Shown piece by piece: positions 27,444-40,472 of a stretch of DNA of 64,000 nt. How positions within the stretch are numbered: position 1 is the first letter of the stretch; each line of letters starts with the position of its first letter. A program made the position numbers and the translations under genes. Where the stretch lies: assembly GCA_024743115.1 (NCBI GenBank), contig JANSXC010000007.1:59771-123770 (forward strand), in the 5' to 3' direction. Origin of the DNA: a bacterium (GTDB taxonomy: Bacteria; Planctomycetota; UBA1135; UBA2386). The notes under the pieces are model-generated. The model made no database searches and was not told the origin of the DNA. It saw only the letters and a program-made list of their open reading frames with translations.

Positions 27444-29711
27444 TCACGCGACGTGCTTGCCGCGCAGCACCGCGAGCCGCTCCCAGAACGCGAGCAGCAC
27501 CACCAGCCCCAACGCGACGAACGCCCAGTCGGGCACGCGTGAGCGGACCCGGCGCTCGAGCGGCGCATCGACGGGCTGACTCGTGAGCTCCGGGGTCGCG
27601 CCGGCGAGGCGGGCGAAGGCTGCGAGCGTGGCCGGCGTCGGCACGGGTGGCGTCGCCGTCGTCACGAGTGCGAGTAGCCGGGGTTCGCCGCGCGGTTCGG
27701 CGCGCATCACGTGCTGCACCCAGAGCGCGAGCCGCGCGGGGAACGCGGCTTCGCTCCGCCACTCGGTGCCAGCCGGTCCCGCGACATCCGCGGCGAATGC
27801 GCCAACGCGGCCGAGACCGCGATTGGCGTAACACAGCAAGGGCCAGCCTTCGTCACCGGCCACCAGCAGAACCTGCGCATCGAGCGGCGCGGTCGTCGGC
27901 ACCGCACTGCCCAGCGTCGGCCAGGCACCGCCCGGCTCGGGCGCGAGCACCGGCGACGACGCGACCGCCCGCACGACGAGTCGGGCCGGCGGTTCTTCTG
28001 CGGGCTCCGGCTCGGGCTCGGGTTCTGGCTCCGGCTCCGGTTCGGGCTCCGGCTTCTCCGGCTCGGGCGGCACCTCGGTCTCGCCCGGCCCATCGCCTGT
28101 CGATCGCCCCGCGCGCTCGAGCGACCGTCGCACCTCGGCACTGACGAACACGGGCACGCTCTCCGCAGCGGGCAGGGAGTAGAACGAACCGCCACCGTCG
28201 CGGGTGATCTCCTCCGCATCGCGCCGAAAGCCCGACGACAACTCGCTGCTGACGATCGACAGGATCGTGACGGACGTCTGCCGCTCGGCAAACATCCGAT
28301 AGGCCAGCGCGCGCATCGCCAGCGTCTCGCTGGTGTGGAACTCGCCATCGGTGACGACCACGACGTGCTTCACCGCCGCGGTCACCGGCTCGAGCAGCCG
28401 ATCGGCCTGGCGCAGACCGGACAACAAGAACGTGCCCTCCGGCCCGTGCGCGAGCTTGCCGACGCCGGCGGCGATCGCGCCCTGATCGGCCGCATCGGTC
28501 ATGGGCAGCTCGACCCGCCCGAGCCCCTTGTTGCCGAACGTCACGATGCCGACGCGGTCGCCCTCGGCGAGAGCGCGCGCACTCTGCAGCGCGCTGGTCT
28601 TGGCGTAGCTCATCCGGGACCGCCCGCTCGCGCTGACGATCGTGCCCATGCTGCCCGAACGATCGACGACGAGCACGAGCGCAATCGCGCGCTTGTCGAC
28701 CTCGACCGGCTCCGGGGAAACCTTGCCCGGGTCCTCGATCTCGCCCGTCGGCGGCGGGTCGTCGGGCGCTGGCGGCGGCGCGACGGGCTCCGACTCGACC
28801 GCCACCTCGGGCCCCGTGCCGCTGCCATCGTCCTCGGGCACCGGCTCGGGCAGGAGCGGCAGCAGTTCGTGCAACGACTCGCCCGGGCGCCCGAAGCCCG
28901 GCGCGAGCACGAACGCACCGAGTCCGGCGTCGATCGCCGCCGCGAGTTCTTCCTGAACCGCCGGCACGAGCGCCGCGCCGACCACGACTGCGGCGTGACG
29001 CGTGACATCGAGCGCGACGTCGGGCACGCGATCGACGGGTATCCCCTGCGCAGCCAGCGCCGCGGCGGCTACGCCGCTCGGTTCGTACACCAGGACCCGC
29101 TGCGGTTCGGCGACCTCGAACGACGCTTCGCGCACGACTTCACCCCCATCGAAGGGAGCACCGGCAAAGCGGGCACGCAGCACCAACACCCAACGCCCGG
29201 CGCGCGGCGGGGTCCAATCGAGTTCGAACGGGCCAGCGGCCGTCATCGTCGCGCGCTCCCGATGCTTCTCGCCCGTCGCATCGCGCAGCGTGACCGTGAC
29301 CGCGACCTCACCAGGCCCGTCATAGGCGATCTCGAACGGCGTCGGACGGCCGGCGGCCGGACGGCGCAGCACGCGCGCCGTGAACGCTTCCGGATCGGCC
29401 GGCAGCGGCGCGTTCGACGAGACGGCGCGCGCACCGAGCGGCCCCCGCGGCCAATCGACTCCCGGCTGGCTCGCGCGCAGCTCGAGATCCGCCGCGCGCG
29501 GCCCCGCGCGCGCCGCAACCGCGAGCGCGGCCTGCGCGACCGTTGCTTGCGCACTCGCCGGGTCGAGCTCGAGCGCTGTGCCGGGCACACCACCCGTTCC
29601 CTGCTCCGTGGCCGCAACCGGCACGAACGTGACCTCGACCGGATCCGCGATCCCGATCGCGAACGCGAGCAGCGCCGCGAGCGTCAGCAATCGCAGAATC
29701 GCCCGCATCAA
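27444..29711 (-). CDS. vWA-domain membrane protein with (Glu-Pro)n linker and C-terminal TM anchor
   Basis: Signal peptide MMRAILRLLTLAALLAFA. MIDAS-type LVLVVDRSGSMG (DxSxS). PEPEKPEPEPEPEPEPEPEPEP linker. C-terminal domain VLLVAGDEGWPLLCYANRGLGRVGAF, then TM WAFVALGLVVLLAFW. Confidence 0.85.
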   Translation of the reverse strand: MMRAILRLLTLAALLAFAIGIADPVEVTFVPVAATEQGTGGVPGTALELDPASAQATVAQAALAVAARAGPRAADLELRASQPGVDWPRGPLGARAVSSNAPLPADPEAFTARVLRRPAAGRPTPFEIAYDGPGEVAVTVTLRDATGEKHRERATMTAAGPFELDWTPPRAGRWVLVLRARFAGAPFDGGEVVREASFEVAEPQRVLVYEPSGVAAAALAAQGIPVDRVPDVALDVTRHAAVVVGAALVPAVQEELAAAIDAGLGAFVLAPGFGRPGESLHELLPLLPEPVPEDDGSGTGPEVAVESEPVAPPPAPDDPPPTGEIEDPGKVSPEPVEVDKRAIALVLVVDRSGSMGTIVSASGRSRMSYAKTSALQSARALAEGDRVGIVTFGNKGLGRVELPMTDAADQGAIAAGVGKLAHGPEGTFLLSGLRQADRLLEPVTAAVKHVVVVTDGEFHTSETLAMRALAYRMFAERQTSVTILSIVSSELSSGFRRDAEEITRDGGGSFYSLPAAESVPVFVSAEVRRSLERAGRSTGDGPGETEVPPEPEKPEPEPEPEPEPEPEPEPAEEPPARLVVRAVASSPVLAPEPGGAWPTLGSAVPTTAPLDAQVLLVAGDEGWPLLCYANRGLGRVGAFAADVAGPAGTEWRSEAAFPARLALWVQHVMRAEPRGEPRLLALVTTATPPVPTPATLAAFARLAGATPELTSQPVDAPLERRVRSRVPDWAFVALGLVVLLAFWERLAVLRGKHVA
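28003..28068 (-). repeat. Tandem 6-nt GGYTCN repeat, coding for the (Glu-Pro)n linker of the vWA protein
   Basis: The plus strand reads ggctccggctcgggctcgggttctggctccggctccggttcgggctccggcttctccggctcgggc. It is in frame inside CDS 27444..29711. Confidence 0.8.
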
Positions 29712-31087
29712 CGCGTCGGCGCCGGCAGGAACACGGGCGTGAGCCAGTCGACGCGATCGCCGAGATCGCGGCCCTTGCCGAAGTCGACCTCGAGCAGGAT
29801 CGTCTCGCCGGGTTCGACCGGGAGCGGCCCCGTGTCACGCGGCGGCATGCCGGCCTGCAGTTCGAGTTCTTCGAACACGACCTTGCCGGCGCGGTAGACC
29901 CGCACCGTCGCATGCGCGCGCAGCGGCAGTCCGGCGGCCGTGTCGTCGAACGCCACGCGGGTCCAGAACAACGCTGTGCCATCGGGCACGACGTAGCTCA
30001 GGCGACTGCGACTGTGCACCCCTAGCCCTTTGCCATGCGTGCGATCGCCGGCGACGAGCGGACTGCCGAGGCATGCGGTATCGCGGCGGAATGGATGCAC
30101 GACCGGACCGTCGAAGCCGACCTCGACCGCGTCGCTGGGTTCGAGATCCGAGAGGTAGGTGCAGTGACCGTGAAAGCTCAGCGCCGCGAGGTCTGCGAGA
30201 CGGACGCGCACCTCGGATTCGTCCTCGAGCTGCACGCGCACGTGCTCCGCTTCGAAGGTGACGGCATCGACGCCGACCCGATCCCCGGTCCGCGTCAGCA
30301 ACGTCGCGATCGGCGCACGCTCGCGTGGCGCGGGATCCGCGATACGCAACGCGAGGAACGTCTTCGGTCGGTAGAGCGCCGGCTTCTCCTCGTCGTCGGT
30401 CGCGAAGCGCACACCGAGTGGGTCGAAGCGATGCAGACTGCCGGCGAGCAGGTCGTAGCCGATGCGGGCGCGCACGTACAGCGCTTCATCGACGCCGTCG
30501 GGCAACCGCAGCGTCGCGGGGGTGAGGCTCGTCGTCGCGCGCGGCACGAACGCCGCGAGCCGGTCGACCTCGAGCTCCACCGCGCCGAGCACGGGGGAGA
30601 CGATCGTGAGTGTGTCGCCGCTGGCGTCGCCGCCGGTCAGCGAGCCGCGCACGACCTCCTGCTCCGGGAGCCACGCCGCCGACAGCTCGAGCGGCTGCAC
30701 CGCGACCCCGGAAACGGCGAGCACATCACGACCGGGCAGCTGCTGGCGGCGCCCGCCGATCGTGACCTCCCAGCCCTTGCCGGGTCCGCCCGTCACCGCC
30801 GTCGCGACCAGGGTCCGCCCTTGCCGCAGCGCCAGCTCGAAAGTTGGTGCCGAGTCCCGGCCGCCGGCCTGGGCGGGCGCGACCGTGGTCGCACCGAACA
30901 ACCCACTGGCAACGGCGAGCCAGGACGCAATCCGCCGGATCGCGACGCGGGGTAGCGTGCCATTCTGACACCCACCCGCCCGAGGCGCGCGGCTGGGGCT
31001 GCCAAGTTGACACGGGCCGGATTCGTTCCGAGCCGCGAGGCTGACAATCTCAGATGCCCGAACCACTTTGTATGACGTCATTTGCAC
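29708..31087 (-). CDS. NPCBM/NEW2-domain protein, probably signal-anchored
   Basis: The C-terminal GKGLGVHSRSRLSYVVPDGTALFWTRVAFDD...LLEVDFGKGRDLGDRVDWLTPVFL is NPCBM-like. The hydrophobic segment IASWLAVASGLFGATTVAPAQA lies about 50 aa after the first ATG. Start is uncertain (ATG 31087 or 31081, GTG 31066). The stop overlaps the vWA start (ATGA at 29708-29711). Confidence 0.7.
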   Translation of the reverse strand: MQMTSYKVVRASEIVSLAARNESGPCQLGSPSRAPRAGGCQNGTLPRVAIRRIASWLAVASGLFGATTVAPAQAGGRDSAPTFELALRQGRTLVATAVTGGPGKGWEVTIGGRRQQLPGRDVLAVSGVAVQPLELSAAWLPEQEVVRGSLTGGDASGDTLTIVSPVLGAVELEVDRLAAFVPRATTSLTPATLRLPDGVDEALYVRARIGYDLLAGSLHRFDPLGVRFATDDEEKPALYRPKTFLALRIADPAPRERAPIATLLTRTGDRVGVDAVTFEAEHVRVQLEDESEVRVRLADLAALSFHGHCTYLSDLEPSDAVEVGFDGPVVHPFRRDTACLGSPLVAGDRTHGKGLGVHSRSRLSYVVPDGTALFWTRVAFDDTAAGLPLRAHATVRVYRAGKVVFEELELQAGMPPRDTGPLPVEPGETILLEVDFGKGRDLGDRVDWLTPVFLPAPTR

Positions 31088-31266
31088 TCACGGAGCCAAT
31101 CGGACCGGTCACCGGGCCGAGGACGGCACCCGGTTTGCAAACCGCGAGCGTCCCCGGTGCGGCCGCATGGCCGTACCAGCAACGAAGCAAGCCCCGGTCA
31201 CGCGAGACGAATCCGCCTTCGCGTGGCCCTGACAACTAACTATCGAGATTCCCCTTCGAGGTTGTG

Positions 31267-32883
<1,617 letters not shown>

Positions 32884-32981
32884 CGCCGCGCGGCGCGTCC
32901 GACCGACCGACCGCTCGTCGGTGATGCACGCGCCTCGCCCCACCACCCCACAACCCAAGCATTCTTCAGGAGACTATTACT

Positions 32982-33275
32982 ATGGCAACCCTTCGACCCC
33001 TCGATGACCGCGTCGTGCTGCAAGTGCTCGACGCCGAAGAAACCACCGCCGGCGGCATCGTGCTGCCGGATTCCGCCAAGGAGAAGCCGCAGCGCGGCAA
33101 GGTCACCGCGGTCGGCGCCGGCAAGCTCGGCAAGGACGGCAACCGCCTGGCGCTCGACGTCAAGAAGGGCGACGTGGTCCTGTTCGGCAAGTACGCCGGC
33201 AGCGACGTCGCCGTCGATGGCAAGGACTACAAGATCCTGCGCGAGAACGAGATCCTCGCCAAGGTGGAGGGCTGA
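32982..33275 (+). CDS. groES: Co-chaperonin GroES
   Basis: [50 protein letters not shown] lies 9 nt upstream of the ATG. Confidence 0.95.
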   Translation: MATLRPLDDRVVLQVLDAEETTAGGIVLPDSAKEKPQRGKVTAVGAGKLGKDGNRLALDVKKGDVVLFGKYAGSDVAVDGKDYKILRENEILAKVEG

Positions 33276-33280
33276 TCCCG

Positions 33281-34891
<1,611 letters not shown>

Positions 34892-34905
34892 TCCTGGCGC
34901 GCCGC

Positions 34906-34926
34906 GGGTGAGCCCTCGGCTCACCC
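34906..34926 (+). terminator. Perfect 9-bp stem / 3-nt loop hairpin between groEL2 and dnaJ (attenuator or terminator-like, no U-tract)
   Basis: GGGTGAGCC-ctc-GGCTCACCC, located 15 nt after the groEL2 stop and 42 nt before the dnaJ ATG. Confidence 0.4.
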
Positions 34927-34967
34927 CGCCCCCACTGCGCCCGCCGATTCCGCGGGCAATCGATTTC

Positions 34968-36116
34968 ATGGCTCAGAAGCGCGACTACTACGAGGTTCTC
35001 GGCGTCGACCGCGGCGCCGATGCCGAGACGCTCAAGAAGGCGTATCGCAAGCTCGCGCTCGCGAACCACCCGGACCGCAACCCCGGCGACGCCGAGGCCG
35101 AAAAGCGCTTCAAGGAAGCTGCCGAGGCCTACGACGTGCTCGGCGACGAGCAGAAGCGGCAGCGCTACGACCAGTTCGGCCACGCCGGCGTCGAAGGTGC
35201 CGGCGGTGGCGGTGGCTTCCAATCGGCCGAGGACATCTTTTCCGCGTTCGGCGACCTGTTCGGCGGCGGAGGTGGTGGCGGCGGCTTCTTCGAACAGTTC
35301 TTCGGCGGCGGCGGTGGCCGCCGCGGACGCGGTCGTCGCGGCGCCAGCCTCAAGGTCGACCTCGAGCTCACGCTCGAAGAGGTTGCCACTGGCGTCAAGA
35401 AGACGATCCAGCTCAAGCGCCACGAGACCTGCGACAACTGCAGTGGCTCCGGGGCCAAACCCGGCACCGAGAAGACCACGTGCGGCACGTGCAACGGCCA
35501 CGGCCAGGTCGTGCGCTCGCAGGGCTTCTTCCAGTTGCGGCAGACGTGCCCGACTTGCCACGGCCAGGGCGAGACGATCTCCGATCCGTGCCCCAAGTGC
35601 CGCGGCCGCGGCGCGATCGGCAAGGAAGCTCCGGTGAGCATCAGCATTCCGGCCGGCATCGAGTCCGGCCACACGGAGCGCATCCCTGGTCAGGGCGAAC
35701 CCGGCGAAGGCGGCGGCCCGCCCGGTGACCTCGTCGTCGTGCTCCACGTCATCGAGCACGAAGTCTTCACGCGCTTTCGTGACGACCTGCTCATGCAGAC
35801 GCGCGTCAGCTTCCGCCAGGCCGCGCTCGGCGACGAGATCGAGATCCCGACGATCACTCGTGAGAGCGTCACGATGAAGATCCCGGCCGGCACGCAGCCC
35901 GGCGAACGACTGCGCATCAAGAACCACGGCCTGCCCCGGGCCGACGGCTACGGCCGCGGCAGCCTGATCGTTCAGGTGCAGGTCGACGTGCCCAAGAAAC
36001 TCAACACGGAACAACGCGAGCTGCTCGAGCGCTTCGATGAGCTCGAGAACGGCAAACGCGGCAAGAAGAACGCCAAGAAGACGATCTTCGAAAAGGTGAA
36101 GGACATCTTCTCGTGA
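34968..36116 (+). CDS. dnaJ: Molecular chaperone DnaJ
   Basis: Start reset to ATG 34968. J-domain [37 protein letters not shown]-rich region. Four CxxCxGxG zinc motifs ([32 protein letters not shown]). Confidence 0.95.
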   Translation: MAQKRDYYEVLGVDRGADAETLKKAYRKLALANHPDRNPGDAEAEKRFKEAAEAYDVLGDEQKRQRYDQFGHAGVEGAGGGGGFQSAEDIFSAFGDLFGGGGGGGGFFEQFFGGGGGRRGRGRRGASLKVDLELTLEEVATGVKKTIQLKRHETCDNCSGSGAKPGTEKTTCGTCNGHGQVVRSQGFFQLRQTCPTCHGQGETISDPCPKCRGRGAIGKEAPVSISIPAGIESGHTERIPGQGEPGEGGGPPGDLVVVLHVIEHEVFTRFRDDLLMQTRVSFRQAALGDEIEIPTITRESVTMKIPAGTQPGERLRIKNHGLPRADGYGRGSLIVQVQVDVPKKLNTEQRELLERFDELENGKRGKKNAKKTIFEKVKDIFS

Positions 36117-36748
36117 ACGACGAAACCCAGAACGACACCGAGGTTCCCGATTCCTCTCCTGGCGATCCCACGGCCGGCGATCCCGCGGCCGGCGATCCGA
36201 CGCCGAACGCAGAAGCCGGCGGCGAGGACTCCGCGCCGACCCGCGTCGAGCAGCTCGAACGCGAACGCGACGAACTCGACAACAAGCTCCAGTACGCCAT
36301 GGCCGACCTCGCGAACATGCGGCGCCGCCATCGTCAGGAGGTCGCGGACAGCCGCCTGCGCACGCTCGAGGGCCTGACGCAGGAGATCCTGCCCGTGCTC
36401 GACACGTTCGGCATGGCGCTGATGGCCTACGACAACCAGACTGAAGGCGACGGGCAAAACGATCCCAAGGCGCTGGTCGAAGGCGTGCGCATGGTCAAGA
36501 CGATGCTGACCGGCGTGCTCGAACGTCACGGCCTGCGCGAGATCAGCTCGACGGGTGCGTTCGATCCCAACCACCACGAGGCCATCGCGATGGAGCCCAG
36601 TAACGACGTGCCGGAGGGCCAGATCATCCGCGCCATGCTCACGGGCTACCTGCTCGGCGACCGCGTCGTGCGACACAGCCGCGTCGTCGTCTCCGGCAAT
36701 CCCCCCGCCGAGGACGGTGGCGACGCGAAGAAATCGTCCGACAGCTAG
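36113..36748 (+). CDS. grpE: Nucleotide exchange factor GrpE
   Basis: GTG start overlapping the dnaJ stop (GTGA). Family pattern [18 protein letters not shown]...LPVLDTF...[11 protein letters not shown]...[16 protein letters not shown]. Confidence 0.9.
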   Translation: MNDETQNDTEVPDSSPGDPTAGDPAAGDPTPNAEAGGEDSAPTRVEQLERERDELDNKLQYAMADLANMRRRHRQEVADSRLRTLEGLTQEILPVLDTFGMALMAYDNQTEGDGQNDPKALVEGVRMVKTMLTGVLERHGLREISSTGAFDPNHHEAIAMEPSNDVPEGQIIRAMLTGYLLGDRVVRHSRVVVSGNPPAEDGGDAKKSSDS

Positions 36749-36780
36749 CCCGTCGCGCGAACGACCAGACCATCGCCACG

Positions 36781-37119
36781 ATGCCGACCTACGACTACGT
36801 CTGCCACGCCTGCGGCCATCGTTTCGAGGAGTTCCAGAGCATGACGGCGAAGGAGCTCCGGAAGTGCCCGAAGTGCCGGAAGAACAAGCTCGAGCGCCTG
36901 ATCGGCACCGGCGCGGGCGTGATCTTCAAGGGTTCGGGGTTCTACGAGACCGACTATCGCGGCGGCTCCTACGCGTCGGAGGCCAAGAAGGATGCCGATG
37001 GCGGCAGTGACAACTCCGATGGCGGTGGTGACGGCGCCGCAAAGCCCGCGACGGAGAGCGCTCCGAAATCGGGTAGCGCTCCCAAGAGCACTCCGAAGGA
37101 ATCGGACAGCACCGACTAG
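36781..37119 (+). CDS. FmdB-family zinc-ribbon protein with low-complexity acidic/Ser-Gly tail
   Basis: MPTYDYVCHACGHRFEEFQSMTAKELRKCPKCRKNKLERLI, giving the CxxC...CxxC pattern. Confidence 0.85.
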   Translation: MPTYDYVCHACGHRFEEFQSMTAKELRKCPKCRKNKLERLIGTGAGVIFKGSGFYETDYRGGSYASEAKKDADGGSDNSDGGGDGAAKPATESAPKSGSAPKSTPKESDSTD

Positions 37120-37202
37120 CTGCTGCTTCGGGCCACAGTCAGGCCGTCACCCCTGCCGATGGAGCACTGCACTTTGGAATGCAAACCGGTAAGCTCCTGA
37201 CC

Positions 37203-38000
37203 ATGCGGCGACTTCTTGCCCTCGCGACGTTCGCGCTGCTCCTGCCCTCCGCCAGCTGCGTTGGCTGGTTCTTCTCCGGTGAGGACTACGCGAACCGCTC
37301 GCGCCCGGTCGCGTTCGTCGAGACGACGGGCGGGATCGAACTGGGCGCGACGACGGAATACGGGATCCTGACCCTGGGCCGCACGGCAACCGAAGGGCCG
37401 TGCCGCGTGCGCTATTTCACGGGCCCATCGCCGCTCGTCGAAGACGGGGAACTCCGGGCCACCGGCGCCACGTTCACTCGCGCCGAGATCGACCTCAAAC
37501 ACCAGGCCGTGCGCGTGCTGGCGCGTCCGCCACGACCGACCGACGAACTCGTCGCGATGTGGACGCCCGATGGCGTCACCGTGCGCGCCCTGCGCGTCGA
37601 ACTCGCCGACGATCCGCGCGTAACCGGCGACGTGCTGCGCGACCCGGGCGAACCCCTGCCACCCGGCGCGACGATCCTGCGCTGCACCGAGGACGACCTG
37701 CACGACTACGAGTTCGTCGGCCTGGTCGCCGGCCGCGCCACGTTCGAAGGCGGCACCAGCGCGGCAGACGACGACACGGTCTACGTCTACCAGGGCGTCG
37801 ACCGCGTCCGCGAGATGCTCGCGATCCCCGAGCGCTACCCGATCCAGCTCGAACCGAAGTACCGCCCCGACGGCATCGTGGTGATGAAGCCCGTGCCCCC
37901 GAAGCCGGCGCCGGATGCGTCAGCCGACCCTAGCTCGACCACAGACCCGAACGCCGAACCCGAAGCTGCAGGCACGGGTTCCGGCAACGGCAACCGCTGA
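37203..38000 (+). CDS. Hypothetical lipoprotein
   Basis: MRRLLALATFALLLPSASC lipobox signal. Pro-rich C-terminal tail. The track start at ATG 37179 is an alternative. Confidence 0.6.
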   Translation: MRRLLALATFALLLPSASCVGWFFSGEDYANRSRPVAFVETTGGIELGATTEYGILTLGRTATEGPCRVRYFTGPSPLVEDGELRATGATFTRAEIDLKHQAVRVLARPPRPTDELVAMWTPDGVTVRALRVELADDPRVTGDVLRDPGEPLPPGATILRCTEDDLHDYEFVGLVAGRATFEGGTSAADDDTVYVYQGVDRVREMLAIPERYPIQLEPKYRPDGIVVMKPVPPKPAPDASADPSSTTDPNAEPEAAGTGSGNGNR

Positions 38001-38122
38001 GCAGACCGGGCCGGCTCCGAACCGCGGTCGATTCCCGAGAATCTTGTTCGGACCAACCTCGTGCGGCACTGCGCCGGACGAGCCACGCCCACGCGCGTGG
38101 CCGCGCCCCACGAGGAACCCGA

Positions 38123-40453
38123 ATGCTGCGTATCCCGACTCTCGTTCTCGCCGGCCTGGCACTCACCACGACCGCCCTGGCACAGAGCCGGCCTGAGCCC
38201 ATGGCCGAAGTCCACGGCAACGTGAAGGTCGCCCGCGTGCCGATCCACACCGCCGCGGCTGATCCGATCGGCGGCGACTACGGCACGTGGGCCGGGGGCG
38301 CCGACTACAAGGTCGAGTTCCAGGAGCGTGGCATCCGCTTCGTCCCGTATCTCGGCCCGACCGAATCGACGAATCGCGAGTTCGGGTTCGAACTCGAATC
38401 GGTAACGGTCGCCGGCCAACCATGGCGCTCGGTCACCCGCGACCCGCAGCCGCGCCACGACTCCTTCCGCTACGAGTTCGATCGGGACGCGATCGTCGAG
38501 GCCTACGATGTGCGCGAGCACGGCCTCGAACAGACGTTCGTCATCACGCGCCGCCCGGAGCGCGCCGGCGACCTCGTGCTGTGCGGCCGGGTTCGCGGCA
38601 ACGTCACCGCGAGGCAGCACGAAGCCGACCATCGACCGATCGCCTTCTCGGACGAGAACGGACGCGCGGTGCTCGAGTACGGCGTCGCCTTCGCCCTGCG
38701 CGACAGCGGCGCGAAGCAACCGATCGAGTCGTCGTTCGACGGCGAACGCATCAGGCTGCGGGTGCCCGCGGCGATCCTCGAACACTCGACCTACCCCCTC
38801 GTGATCGACCCCGTGATTGCCAACGTCGCGATCCCGAGCGGCTCGTACGCAGCGACGACACGGGCACTCGACATCGTCGTCGACGAACAGAACAACCGCG
38901 TCTTCATGACGCTGATCCGACGCGCATCCTCGGGCGACGGCGACCTGTTCGTCATCGCGATGGACCAGCACTTCACGGGCACGGCCACGACCGTCTTCGC
39001 GGACATGGCGACGAGCTGGAGCACCACCGAAGGTTCGGTCAGCTCGGCCACGAACCCCATCAAGATCGTCACCGCGCTCGTCCGCTCGTACGGCAACCAG
39101 GACTCGGCCGTGGCCTACAACGTGCGACCGGGCGCCTCCTTGTCGTTCAACGGCGTGGTCGGCTTCGTGCCACGACCGGCCGGCCTGTACGACTTCCGCG
39201 TCGACATCGGGGGCATGCGCGCGTCGGGCACCCACGTGATGCTGGTGTTCGAACGCCGAGACCCGACGCAACTCGCGATCGAAGGCGTCACGGCTGCCGC
39301 GCTCGACATCTCCGGATCCACGCCGGTGCTGGGAGCGCCGTTCCCGATCCGCTCAGCCGGCTTCGGCACGTCATTCGCCTTCTTCCGGACTTCGCGGCCG
39401 TCGATCACGAAACACTCGCGCACTGCGAGTCAGCCCGATTCGTGGCTCGTCGCTTTTCAGGAACGTCAGATCACGGGCACGAGCGGCGTGCTCGACGTCG
39501 ACTACATCGTCGCCCGCCAGGTCTCGGTGAACGGCACGCACAGCACGGGTTACTGGACGCCGAGCCAGACGTACCCGCTTACCCACCACCGTCGCGCACC
39601 GCGACTGGCCGGGCGTCCTGGCGCCGTCGACGGCTACAACCAGTACGGAGTCGCGTTCATCGAACGACCGGTATCGGGTGGTGGCTTCGTCAGCGCGTTC
39701 GAGGGCCTCACGTGGCCCGTCGGAGCGCAGTGGCCGACCGCTTCCTGGGGCCAGAGCCAACTCTCGCCTGCAACCGGCGCCGCCTTCGATTCCTGGATCG
39801 GCGATGTCGCCGCAGATCTGAAGACGCGCTCACACTGGCTCGTCTCGACGACGAGCGGATTGCACCGCGTCGATCGCTCGGGCGTCGAGCTCGAGTTCGC
39901 GTCGTTCCCGCCGAACGTCACCAACTACTTCTACCCGGGTGGCATCGACTTCATGGGCGCTGGGCAGTTCGTCACTCTGTCATGCCATGCCCAGGCCCCC
40001 TTCGCGTTCCCGGGACCGGTGACGGGTCGCGTGTTCGAGAATCCGACCCCGCCGCTGCGTGACTGGACGGGGCCGACATGCGGCACGGCCAATATCGAAT
40101 GGACCACCCAGTTCGGTCGCAATGGCGCGCGCTTCGACCAACAGATCGGCCACGATTTCACCCAGGTCCAGGTCACGGGCACCCCGACCGGCACGCTGCA
40201 CTTCCTGCTCTATTCGTTCGGCACGCAAGTGCTCGACCTCACCGGCACGGGCGGCGTCGCCAACGGCTGCTGGCTGCTCGTGCAGCCGACCTGGAACCAG
40301 CTGCTGGTGCAGAACGGTACGGATGCGCGCTGGAACTTCCCGCTGCCCACCGCACTGCCGAACCTGACGCTGCACTTTCAGGACTGGTACCTGCTGCCCG
40401 GCAACGCCACACTGCGATCGACCGAGCGCCTCAACGTGCCGATCGCGAAGTAG
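38123..40453 (+). CDS. Secreted hypothetical protein (776 aa) with a C-terminal two-cysteine module
   Basis: Signal peptide MLRIPTLVLAGLALTTTALAQ. Protein-like composition throughout. The C-terminal roughly 130 aa are homologous to modules in 14584..15612 and 59305..61107. Confidence 0.75.
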   Translation: MLRIPTLVLAGLALTTTALAQSRPEPMAEVHGNVKVARVPIHTAAADPIGGDYGTWAGGADYKVEFQERGIRFVPYLGPTESTNREFGFELESVTVAGQPWRSVTRDPQPRHDSFRYEFDRDAIVEAYDVREHGLEQTFVITRRPERAGDLVLCGRVRGNVTARQHEADHRPIAFSDENGRAVLEYGVAFALRDSGAKQPIESSFDGERIRLRVPAAILEHSTYPLVIDPVIANVAIPSGSYAATTRALDIVVDEQNNRVFMTLIRRASSGDGDLFVIAMDQHFTGTATTVFADMATSWSTTEGSVSSATNPIKIVTALVRSYGNQDSAVAYNVRPGASLSFNGVVGFVPRPAGLYDFRVDIGGMRASGTHVMLVFERRDPTQLAIEGVTAAALDISGSTPVLGAPFPIRSAGFGTSFAFFRTSRPSITKHSRTASQPDSWLVAFQERQITGTSGVLDVDYIVARQVSVNGTHSTGYWTPSQTYPLTHHRRAPRLAGRPGAVDGYNQYGVAFIERPVSGGGFVSAFEGLTWPVGAQWPTASWGQSQLSPATGAAFDSWIGDVAADLKTRSHWLVSTTSGLHRVDRSGVELEFASFPPNVTNYFYPGGIDFMGAGQFVTLSCHAQAPFAFPGPVTGRVFENPTPPLRDWTGPTCGTANIEWTTQFGRNGARFDQQIGHDFTQVQVTGTPTGTLHFLLYSFGTQVLDLTGTGGVANGCWLLVQPTWNQLLVQNGTDARWNFPLPTALPNLTLHFQDWYLLPGNATLRSTERLNVPIAK

Positions 40454-40472
40454 CGACACGCTTCGCGCCGCG

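Noticed and set aside
28003-28068. Short tandem DNA repeat that could be mistaken for a VNTR, a CRISPR-like array or an intergenic repeat.
   Set aside because: It is a 6-nt periodic, in-frame coding repeat for a Glu-Pro linker. It has no spacers and no cas genes.
31080-31106. Possible HrcA CIRCE operator upstream of groEL1 (TTTGCACTC matches 8 of 9 positions of the left arm TTAGCACTC).
   Set aside because: Nine nucleotides downstream the sequence is ATCGGACCG, which has no resemblance to the required right arm GAGTGCTAA, so it is not an inverted repeat. The nearby 10-nt palindrome ATGACGTCAT (31072-31081) lies within the first codons of the NPCBM ORF and has no known heat-shock role.
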